64,000 bases of DNA from assembly GCF_964355755.1 (NCBI RefSeq), contig NC_092678.1, positions 17,563,365 through 17,627,364 of the forward strand, written 5' to 3'. Position 1 is the first letter of the stretch. The number at the start of each line of letters is the position of its first letter. The notes under the pieces are model-generated. The model was not told where the DNA came from and made no database searches. It worked only from the letters and a program-made list of their open reading frames with translations. This document shows, in pieces, positions 1-12,400 of this stretch. Source of the stretch: Antedon mediterranea. Taxonomy: Eukaryota; Animalia; Echinodermata. Made by a program: the position numbers and the translations under genes.

Positions 1-411
1 TCAATTATGACGTTAGTAGAGGAAGATACAAACCATTTGTTGGGCGTGCGAATAAAGAACAAGTGATATTCCACCGTACTGAAGGAAAGATGACCAATGC
101 CTCTCATAATAACATTATTTTTCTTTTAATAGCATTTACTATTAATGATAATAATAATTTACTTTAAAACAAACGAATAACAAGTAGGCCTATAATTACA
201 CACAATACAACTACATACAGGAGCTTTGCGTTAAAATAAAGGTTTAGGGATCAATCATAATCAAACAAAAACCGGCATGTTATATTATTTTATTTTTAGA
301 TAAATATTCTATCTTTTCAAAGAGTAAAACATGATGTGACAATAAGTGTGGTTATATTACAACGAAAATATACTATTTTCAAAAGTATGATAAACAAGAG
401 AAAGCACTCAC

Positions 412-483
412 AGTTCTGCCAATGATGTCAAGCCATGAAACACATTTGCTGGTAATGTTGTTATTTGGTTACTGTACAAATAC
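412..483 (-). CDS. LRR exon A (72 nt, phase 2-2): YLYSNQITTLPANVFHGLTSLAE(L)
   Basis: Reverse strand ttttcag|G...CT|gtgagt; fits LRR consensus xLxxNxIxxLPxxxFxGLxxLxxL. Confidence 0.92.
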
Positions 484-3400
484 CTGAAAACCGTGAAAAA
501 ATGGAATCAATAATTATATATACAGTACCAAAGGATAGTACGATAACAAAATATCTATTGTATTAATTTTTAAATACAAACAAAAAATAACAACATATAT
601 CAGCTATATTGTGCCAACTGAGGCCAAATAGGTTTCTGTCCGGTGAGGCGTGTCTATTTTTGTTTTCGTATCTAATTTTGGCTTTAAAAACATGTCAGCC
701 CAAAACAATCGCTACCCCTGGATCCGCTTCCGTCGGAATATTTTTGATATACAATGATAGAGGTTCAGACGTTCTGTGGTACATTTAAATTGTATTATTT
801 GTATGTTCCCTTTAAATGTCATCTTAATTTCAAATATAACAAATCAATAAAGTATTATTGTTTACTTAGAAGTGTGCCATTAAATGACGTTGATCCATCA
901 TGTAATATCCTATATTTTTATTATTTTTCATTATGGCCGCCGGTGGTGCTACATTAACTGAATTAAAGAGTCTTGTTCGCAAACATTACCAAAATAGAGA
1001 AACTCAAAAAGAGCAAAGAGAAAGATATTACATTTGAACGTATACACATGAAATATTCTGTAGAAGTATTAATTCCTAAAACAAAATCATTTTTTTTATG
1101 AGGCATAGAGTTAAACTGAGAAGAAACTATATAATATTTGTTCCACGTGCACAATAAGCTTATTACAACACTATTGCAGATTTTGTGAATCAGTGCCGAG
1201 TCGGTGACAAACCAAACGGATCATCCAGGATTTCTGGAAAAATCTGGCCAATTGCGCATCCTTTGCGCAGCATTGTACGGAGGCCTGTCTATTTTTGTTT
1301 TCGTATCTAATTTTGGCTTTAAAAACATGTCAGCCCAAAGCAATCGCTACCCCTGGATCCGCCCCGTCGGAATATTGTTGATATAAAATGATAGAGGTTC
1401 AGACGTTCTGTGGTACATTTAAATTGTATTATTTGTATGTTCCCTCTTTAAACTTCATCTTAATTTCAAATAGAATAACATCAATAAATTAATATTGTTT
1501 ACTTAGAAGTATGCCAGTTATTCAGCACTAAAGAAAACAAAATCAGAAAAAAATTAAACACATGCGACAACGTTTTTTTAACATTATTAACGCTAAATGT
1601 GTTAATTAATGAGATTAATTAGTTAATTAATGCTGATTTTAGCATGAGGAAGTGAAAATATGGAGGGAGGGGAAAATATAAAATGTAGAGACACAGATAT
1701 CAGCTAACAAGCAAGCTATTACTGACCCAATGTGAAGGCAGAAATCAAGAGTTGTTTGACGGGATGTTCCTGCTCCCAAATTATTGTGGCAAAAATAGAA
1801 AAACTAATAGAAAAGCAAAAAGGAAGATAGTACGCCTGAACGTAGTATACATGGAACAGACAGATACCGTACAAGTGTTCATTTATAAAGGGTCAAACTG
1901 TGCCTGGAAATAAACATAATTACTGAACCATGGCCGGTTGAATGACAACATTATTTCCACCATATACAATTTTTATACGGAACTAACGAATTTGACAAAA
2001 ACAAATATGACGAATATAAACACGAACAAAGGAAAACAAAATACATCAGATTTATGAATAACGACGTTAATTTCCGATAATTATAATTAATTAAATCTCA
2101 ATTTTATAGAAATCAAACAAGGCCATATAGATGCCTGCAGTCGCGTGCTCAAGTTTGTGTTTACCAACCGACCGCCCAACCGACCGACCGACCGACCGAC
2201 CAACCGACCGAAATTGCTGAACATGTTTAAAAATGTTGAAAATGTTTAAAAACATTTATTTTTTTTAATTTACACGTGCGTTGCCTGTCACTTTTGACGT
2301 GCTCGTATAACGTAATTTCGAGTTAAAAAGTGAATAAAATATGATGATATTATTAAAAGAAAGGTTGTAAAACAGAAATCGGACAAAAAGAGTGCATATT
2401 AACATTTAACGCGCAATGCGTGTGCAAAAATCTGCGCACTCATGGCAATTTTTTTAAACGCTTAAAATTGCCTGAACGTACTCTTATATAGTCGAAAATC
2501 AATTTTGACAATTTTGAAAAGGTTAAGTGCGCGTACGCATGCGTTACATGCGCTACGCACGTAATTGTATTGCCATGATGATTTATGCCCTGAAATTTAT
2601 GAGTACCAACTTTTATTTAATTGTGATTTATGCTTGTAAAGGTATGATGACAAACGTGATTTCATTAAATCGTGCGTAGACCGCGTAATTTTTGATTACG
2701 CACCGTGAAAACATAAAAACAAAGATTCCTGGCCATAAGGAATATACTGTGAAAACTTGACTGTGTAAATAGGTTAACTGCACACTACAAAGTTGTGGAT
2801 GAGAGTTTTGTGTAATGGATATGTATCCAGCCTCTCACAGTTGAGATCGCAGATTCAATTCCCGCATTGGATCTTACTTTTTTCATCATCCTTATTATTA
2901 TTTTTTTAAATATTTTACTATTATTATTCATTATTATAATTAATAATATTTTATTTTAAATTTTACTTTTTTACTATGAAGCTAACATTACGTTAAGTCT
3001 GCTCAGTACCAGATCGCCGGCGTTTGAAAATTGTCTCCTTTCTCTTAAGCCAGTATAATTCTTCTACATAATTTTCTATGATTTATTTGTGTGTGTTAGT
3101 GCTGTATTTGATTTGGCTAATTGCACTACAACTTTGTGAATGTGAGTATTATTTTACCCTGACCATTCAAAATGTAAACACAATTATATGATGAGTCAGC
3201 TGAGCTTTCGTGGTCTGAGCTTTCGTGACACCCGTATGTCAGCGGACAAAATTGTGACCATAAAATAATTTATCTGCATTGTACTGTTAGTGTGTATTAC
3301 GTGTCAGTGAAAATTAAAGAGGGTCGATAATGGTGCAAACATTAAAATATTAAAATTAAAATACAAAGTTTATCAATTGAGTACGTAGAACTAAAGATCC

Positions 3401-6400
3401 GAAGCCTAGTTGGTTGGAACTTGTTCCGCCAGAGATGGTTCCTGTCAAGTTAAAACTATTAAACACGTCACAGGTATGGCGTTGAAAAATGTGGAAGACG
3501 CGTCAAACTTCGAAGGAAAAAATTCAACTCTCCAATGCCATCTGTTATTTTTGGTAAAGCTCACTCACTCAAAAACAAGTTTTTGGCTGCAAATGCCAGT
3601 ATTCGAATACAGGGACAGTTGCCTTATGACGCTCACTGAAACTTGGCTAAATGAATCTGTTTCGGATCATGTATCAACAAATTATTCTTGTAATCTGGAA
3701 TTATTAACAGTTGCTCTTCGTCCCTTTTACTTGACAGGTTCTAGTCACCATTATCTAGGACTATGTGGTGCAATTAATTAAAGAATTATATGATTTGTAA
3801 ATATTTTAGACAAAGTTCAACACAGTGTGACGTATTGTCTGCTACAATATCTAATGATTACACATTTTTAATAATTATGTAATTTCTCATTTAATAAAAC
3901 ATACCACTTAATAATAGCAAATTACCGTATTAAACGTACAAATCAAAGTATAAAAACAATAAGTATATACAGTACCAACGGAAATTACGATAAAAAAGTA
4001 TCTATTTTATTAATTTCGAAATACAAAGAAAAAATAACAACAAAATATCTATATTGTGCCAACAGAGGCCAAAAAGGCTTATGTCCAGTTAGGCGTGTCA
4101 CTCTGACAGTGAAACAATTACAAGGTATAATTGATATAATACTAATTTAATGTTACTTTATCTCGTATTATCATTATTTGCATGTTTTAGCTGTTTTTCA
4201 TTAACTGTCTTTGCATGATTATAACAATGTTTTATCTAGATTGACTGTAATACGGTTGTACTTTCCATATCATATGATTTCTAGATGTAGATCAATATCT
4301 ACGATACAATACAACCGTTAAATGACGATGATCCATGTATTCTGCTATATTTTTATATTTCCCTATGGCCGCCGATGGTGCTACAGTAACTGAATTAAAG
4401 AGTCTTGTTCGCAAACAATACCAAAATAGAAAACTCAAAAAGAGTAAAAGAAAGATATTACGTTTGGACGTATCACACATGAAACAGACATATTCCGTAG
4501 AAGTATTAATTCCTAAAATAAAATAATTGTTTTTATGAGGCATAGAGTTAAACTGACGTTTTCATGAGAAGAAAATATATAAGATTTGTTCTACGTGCAC
4601 AAGAAGCTTATTACAACACTATTGCAGATTATACGTGAAACGGTGACGAGTCGGAGACGAACCGAACGGATCATCCAGAATTTCTAAAAAATCTGGCTAA
4701 GTGCGCACACTTTGCGCAGCATTGTACAGAGGCGTGTCTATTTTTGTTTTCGTATCTAATTTTGGCTTTCAAAAATGGTAGCGCAAAGCAATCGCTACCC
4801 CTGGATCCGCTCCGTCGGAATATTGTTGATATAAAATGATGGAGGTTAAGACGTTCTGTGGTACATGTAAATTGTATTATTTGTATGTTCCCTGTAAACT
4901 TCATCTTAATTTCAAATATAATAATATCAATAAAGTAATATTGTTTACTTAGAAGTGTGCCAGTTATCCAGCATTGAAGAAAACAAAATCGGACAAAATT
5001 TAACGCATGTGACCACTTTTTTTTAAACATTATTAAAGCTAATTGTGGTAATTATTGAGATGTAAAGCACATTGGCTGATTTTAGCATGAGGAAGTATTA
5101 TGGAGGGAGGGGAAACATAAAGTGTAGACACAGATATCACCTCACACGCAAGCTATTACTGAACCAGTGTGAAGGCAGAAATCAAGAGACTAGTTGTTTG
5201 ACGGGATGTTCCTGCTCCCCAATTATTGTGATCCCTTTATTTATAGAACTTGAAAAGCAGAAAAAAGAGGAGAAGGTGTATGTTTGTTTATTGCCAGATG
5301 CCTATAACGCTGGTTCAAATTTTAACTTAAGTTTATCTTATGGACGGATAACGCTAATATTGTACGTACCACCACATTAGGTAACCGATGCGCCCCCATT
5401 AACACATGCGAATAAAGAACAAGTGCTATTCCACTGTACGGAGGGATAGCTACCCGGTGCCTCTCATAATAATATTATTTTACATTCAATAACATATACT
5501 AATAATGATAATAATAATTTACTCTAAAAACAAACGAATACCAGTATGCCTATCACTACACACAATACAACTACATACAGGAGCTTGTGTTAAAATAAAG
5601 GTTTAGTGATCAATCATAATCAAACAAAAAGAGGAAAATTATATTATTTGAGTTTTGGATGAATATTTTGTCTTTGGAAAGGATAAAAAATGATGTGACA
5701 ATAAGTGTGGTTATACAACGAAAATACTATTTTCAAAAGTATGATAAACAAGAGAAAGCACTCACAGGTTTGTCAATGATGTCAAACCATCAAACACGTT
5801 TGCTGGTATTGTAGTCATTTGATTACTGGACAAGTACCTGAAAGTAGTGAAAAAAAAGCAACACATAATTAAATGTATAGTATGCATACCAAGGGATGGT
5901 ACGATCAAGAATTATTGTATTAATTAACTAGCAGTGTTAGAAAATTAATAATAATACCAGTTGATGTTACTTTCGCCCTTATATCTTTACTTACATGTAT
6001 ATACATTATTACTGCTTTTGCTTTATTTATGTTTTACCGAAAAATACTGTAATCGTGTTGTAATTACCGTATTAATATGATTCGTGGATTGGATCAATAG
6101 TTTTATTACAAACACCCATATTATTAAATGATGACGATCCATGTATTGAATACATGGATCGTCATCATTTAATAATATGGGTGTTTGTAACAATTCTGCT
6201 ATTTTATATTTCATTATGGCATAATTAACGTATTATATACATGGAACAGACAGATACCGTACACGTGTTAATTTCTAAAGTGTTAAACTGTGCCTGGAAA
6301 TAAACATAATTACTGAACCCTGGTTGAATGACATAATTTTCACCTGATACAATTTTCTGCGGAACAAACGAATTTGACAAAACAAATCTGACGAATATAA

Positions 6401-9400
6401 CCACTAACTAACGGGTACTCCGAGAGTACAAACCTCTGACTACTGTAAAATTCCCCTACATAAAATGTCCCTGGAAAAATAAATTAAATTAGTTTTTATT
6501 AGTTCTAAGTGTAAATAGGTTAAATGCACACTACAAAGTTGTGGATGAGAGTTTGGTGTAATGGATATGTATCCAGCCTCTCACAGTTGAGATCGCACAT
6601 TCAATTCCCGCATTGGATCTTACTTTTTTCATCATCCTTATTATTATTTTTTTTAATATTTTACTATTATTATTCATTATTATAATTAATAATATTTTAT
6701 TTTAAATTTTACTTTTTTACTACGAAGCTAACATTACGTTAAGTCTGCTCAGTACCAGATCGCCGGCGTTTGAAAATTGTCTCCTTTCTTTTAAGCCAGT
6801 ATAATTCTTCTACATAATTTTCTATGATTTATTTGTGTGTGTTAGTGCTGTATTGATTTGGCTAATTGCACTACAACTTTGTGAATGTGAGTATTATTTT
6901 ACCCTGACCATTCAAAATGTAAACACAATTATATGATGAGTCATTGATTTTGGTTAGAATATGATAAAAACTGTGAGCTCTAGGCAGTAAAATAGTTTTT
7001 TGTTAGATGTGACCTTGACCTACGACCTTTCCCCCTCAAAATCGAACTCGTCCGAGCTTTTGGAAAATAGGTCATTGTGTCCAAATTTGGCCATATACGG
7101 ATGAAAAATGTGGCCTCCAGGCTGTTCACATGATTCTCTCATTCAAGCCGATGAAATAGATACATCATAAGTTCACCTTACTACGGAAAGATACGTACCA
7201 CACTACATTAGATAACAGGTTCCTCTCATAATAAGGTGTTCATAAGAGGAAGATATGAACAAAATATTTAATAATATTGTTCCGCGTGCGTACAATAAAC
7301 TTTTTACAACATTATTGCAGATTATACGTGAATGTCGAGCATTTCTTTCCGCGTAGACAAGTATGTAGAGAAACTTGAACATTCTTGAACAATCTTGAAG
7401 TTGACATCGGATTGGATAATTGTAAGGATGAGTTTCCAGAATCTGGTTAAAATCGCATTTTACAAAATGCAACGTTAGGCAAACGTTTTTACCTTCGGAT
7501 TGAGGAAAGAAAGCGAAATCAGTGTCTACAAGAAATATCAGGGTCCAAAACAATATCAACACGGAAGCGACAGCAGTATTCATCGTATTCAAGCTAAGTA
7601 CAGTACAACAAATAATCACTATAGGTCAGCAGTCACATTTGACAATTGCGGAAAACCTGACCACAAACAACATTGCAGAACAATATCGAGTACGAGTACC
7701 CGACCCAGTAGATATTCTATATATAATATATTGTTAATTTCCGGGTGAAATTGTTTCTTTTTTTGTGTTTTTGCATGATTTGTATATGGATGTACTAACC
7801 GAAATAAAGAAAATGAATGGGTGAATAGTGTACCGTCATTTTACAAGTTATATTATTGGCCTAATACAACATCATGGTATTTAGAAACAGTTAAACAATT
7901 AACAATGATTTACTTACAATTGTAAAGCTTTTACATTTTTACCAGTAAGGACAAAAATGAGAATAAACACTTACAGTGTAACCAATGATGTCAAACCAAC
8001 AAATGTATTTTCATACAATGTAGTAATGTTGTTACTTTTTAAATTCCTTAAAAATAAAAACGTGAATACTTGGTAAAATAACAGTTCACGAGTTGAGGTT
8101 TTCTTCGTTCGGGAAAACAGTTACAGTTTGGTGTGTATGTTAGCGGAAAAAATAGTGACCGTAAAATAATGTATCTGTATTGTACATGTACTGTTAGTGT
8201 GTATTACATATCAGTGAAAAATAAAGAGGGTCGATAACGGTACAAACGTTAATATGGTATTACAATTAAAATACAAAGTTTATCGATAGAGTACGTAGAA
8301 CTAAAGATCTGAAGCCTAGTTGGTCGGAACTTGTTCCGGCAGAAATGGTTCCTGATCAACTTAAAACTAATAAACACGTCACAGGAGGAAGCGTTGAAAA
8401 ATGTGAAAGACGCGTCAAACTTCGAAGGAAAATATTCAACTCGCCAATGCCATCTGTTATTTTTGGTAATGCTCACTCACTTAAAAACAAGTTTAGTGAA
8501 TTGACTGCAAATGGCAGTATTCGAATACAGGGACAGTTGCCTTATGGCGCTCACTGAAACTTGGCTAAAAGAATCTGTGTCGGATCTTGGATCAACAAAT
8601 TTTTCTTGTAATCTGGAATTATTAACAGTTGCTCTTCGTTCCTTTTACTCGCCAAGGGAATTCTAGCAGGTTCTATAGTAATCTTTATCTATAGGCCTAT
8701 ACACCCGAAAGAATATTTCAAAGTAACTTGTGCTAAAGTCGCTGAGATAGACACATAAGCTACAAATCTCCAGATTCAATAAAGCTAGGTGATTTCCACA
8801 AAGGATCCCATAAAGAGCTTACAAAGGTAATTCCACACCTTTATCAATATGTAAACGTTGCTTGATAATTATGTGCTATGGATATGTTAAAAATGCTTAT
8901 ACAGCTAAAAGATGTCCAAACATTGAGCGGTCAGATCACAAAATGATACAACATGATCCCAAGCTATAGTTTACGAACGAAGGAAGCCTCAAAATGAATT
9001 ATGATACGCACATATCTTAGTGCCTTTAATTATGATATTCATTAGGCCTACATTGGCCTGGGTTTACTCACTGTGAACTGTAGTGCTGTTTTTTTTTTAT
9101 TCTTCAGTTCGATTCTTCCTGTATAGTATTGTTTTATTTATTTAATCTATAGAAGGTTTATAACCATACGAACGTTAGACTATTGTAAAAAAAAAAATGT
9201 TCGATAAACTAAATCATTGGATTTTTGTCTAGATTTGGTAGTTTTTTTAGGTTTACGAATTAATTTTTCCTTTTGTTAAGGGGGATTGATCGGCTGAATG
9301 GGTAATAATTTGTATGATTTAGCTTTGTAATTTATTTGTTATAGGTATAGTCTCTGGTCTATGTAGCAAGGGCAATATTCTACAATTCAGACTCCACTCA

Positions 9401-12400
9401 ATGAAATTAAGCAAATCTTGTATAGGAATTAATGTTAGATGGTGTGAGATAAAACGAGAAAATAGACTATGTCAAGTTTGTAACAGGAATGAAATTGAAG
9501 ATGAGTACCACTTTCTGTTAATGTGTTAATACAACTTAAATTTATCGTTTGATTTCTTTTGCAAAATACACTAAATTAGGAAAAACATATTTTATATTGT
9601 ATCCGCTTAAATAATAAAGAATAAATCAAAATTGTTCACGGTCATACCACCATTATAACGCTTTACAAACAAACACTTAATCCTTTCCACGTATTAATAC
9701 TATAGTTTACTAATATTACAATAATTATATTGTAAGACATCAGCAAGTTACCCTGAACGTCATGGTATTTAGAAACAGTTAAACCTGCCCTAATTGTATA
9801 ATCACAATTAACATGATTTACTGACAATTGTAAAAAGCAACCTCAAATTAAATAAAATCTTTATTCTTTCCATATATAGAAAATGTACATGGGAAAAATG
9901 TTTTCCTCGACAGAAAAATATGGTACGTACTGTAGTACGTCAAGAATAGGTTGTTCGTTTATATAATCACTAATCTAAGACGGAAAGATAACATTTTAAT
10001 ATATCTTAAAGGCAATTGATAAATAATCAATCCCTTACTATAAGAAGAAACGTAGCAAAAGTGTGTAATTTATTTGTTATAGAATAGAAAAAAATAGTAC
10101 ATTTTTAGACTCAAACCAGCACAGCTGATGTAATCTTAGGGTAGCCTACAATAATTAAAAGTACACGTATAACTAAACGATAAAGAAAGAAACCTTTCCA
10201 CGTATTCATGATAATATAGTGTATTAATATTACAATAGGCCTATATTGTAAGATACAGTATAACCACGTAATACATTAGACGTCATGGTATTTAGACTAA
10301 ACCTACACTTAAATGTATAATAATCACAATTAACATGATTATACTTACAATTGTAAAGCTTTTACATTTTTACCAGTAAGGAAAAAATGAGAATAAACAC
10401 TTACAGTGTAATCAATGATGTCAACCCAACAAATGCATTTTCATGCAATGTATTAATGTTGTTACTTCTTAAATCCCTTCAAAATAAAAACATGAATACT
10501 TGGTAAATAACAGATCACGAATTGAGGTTTTCTTCTTTGGGGAAAATATTTACAGTTTGGTGTGTATGTCAGCGGACAAAATAGTGACCGTAAAATAATG
10601 TATCTGTATTGTAACTGTTAGTGTGTATTACGTGTCAGTGAAAATTAAAGAGGGTCGATAACGGTACAAACGTTAAAAATTAATATTATTAAAATTAATA
10701 TACAAAGTTTATCGATCAAGTACGTATCAAGTTCAAACTATCAAACACGTCACAGGAAGCGTGGACAAATGTCGAAGACGTGTCAAACTTCGAAGGAAAA
10801 AAAATTAAACCTTCCTATGTCATCTGTTATTTTTGGTAATGCTCACTCACTCAAAAATAAGTTTAGTGAATTGGCTGCAAATGCCAGTATTCGAATACAA
10901 AGACAGTTTCCTTATGGCGCTCACTGAAATTTGGCTAAATGAATCTGTTTCTTATCATGGATCAACAAATTGTTCTTGTAATCTGGAATTATTATCAGTT
11001 GCTCGTCGTCCCTTTTACTTGAAAAGGGAATTCTAACAGGTTCTAGTCATCATTATCTATATACACCCGAAAGCAGACTTCAAAGTAGCTTGCGCTAAAG
11101 TCGTTGAGATAGATAGACAACTAAGCTGCAAATCACCAGATTCAATAAAGCTGTTACTATGTGACTTTAACAAAGGATCCTATGAAGAGCTTGCAAACGT
11201 AATTCCAAACCTGTACCTTCATCATTATGTAAACGTCGCTACGAGAGAAGGCACTATACTTGATATGCGCTATGGATATGTTAAAAATGCTTATACAGCA
11301 AAGATATGTCTAAGCATTGGGCGGTCAGATCACGAAATGATACAACATGATCCCAAGCTATAATTTACGAACATAGGATCGGAAGCCTCAAAATTAATAT
11401 GATACGCACATATCCTAGTGCCTTTAATTGTGATATTCATTAGGCCTACATAAGGCCAGGGTTAGCCCACTGTGCAACTGTAGTGCTGTTTTTTGTTTGT
11501 TTATTCTTTAGTTCGATTCTTCCAGCATAGTATTGTTTTATTTATTTAATCTATAGAAGGGGGGATTGGTCGGCTGAATGTTAATAATTTGTATTATTTA
11601 GCTTTGTAATTTATTTGTTATAGGTATAATCTCTGGTCTATGAGCAAGTGCAAATATTCTACAATTCAGAATCGACTCAATGAAATTAAGCAAATTTTGT
11701 TTAGGAATTAATGTTAGATGGTGTGAGATAAAACGAGAAAATGTCAAGTTTATAACATGAAATGAAATTGAAGATGAGTACCACTTTTTGTTAATAATTA
11801 TGTTAATACAACTTAAATTTATCGTTTGATTTCTTTTGCAAAATACACTAAATAAGGAAAAACATATTTTATGTTGTATCCGCTTTAATAATAAAAAATA
11901 AATCAAAGAATTTGTTATTGTTCGCAGTCATACCACCATTATAACGCTTTAACAAATATTTTAACCTTTCCACGTATTAATGATTTAGTGTCTAATATTA
12001 CAGTATATTGTAAGACATCAGCACGTTACCCTGAACGTCATGGTATTTGGAAACAGTTAAACCTACCCTAAATGTATAATCACAATTAACATGATTTACT
12101 GACAATTGTAAACAGCAACCTCAAATTAAATAAAATCTTTATTCGTTCCATATATAGAAAATGTACATGGAAAAAATGTTTTCCTCGACAGAAAAATATG
12201 GTACGTACTGCATGCAGTACGTCAAGAATAGGTTGTTCGTTTATATAATCACTAATCTAAGACGGAAAGATAATATTTTAATATATCTTAAAGGCAATTG
12301 ATAAATAATCAATCCCTTACTATAAGCAGAAACGTAGCAAGAGTGTGTAACTTATTTGTTATAGAATAGAGAAAAATAGTACATTTTTAGACTTAAACCA

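Larger units (their letters stand above)
45..5930. repeat. Type I exon+intron duplication: ~45-600 is paralogous to ~5405-5930; the intervening intron is a mosaic of internally repeated segments
   Basis: Both copies begin gcgaataaagaacaagtg and include an LRR exon. Other approximate matches: 640-870/1270-1520/4720-4970, 880-1200/4310-4680, 1500-1790/4950-5230, 2764-3196/6509-6942. Confidence 0.85.

Noticed and set aside
2805-2875. tRNA-like sequence (also ~6550-6620 and ~53535-53580)
   Set aside because: Degenerate A/B boxes and no complete cloverleaf; SINE-like relic rather than a tRNA gene
4335-4526. Basic ORF MAADGATVTELKSLVRKQ..., repeated near 930-1100
   Set aside because: Other copies are frameshifted; part of the duplicated intron mosaic with no recognisable domain
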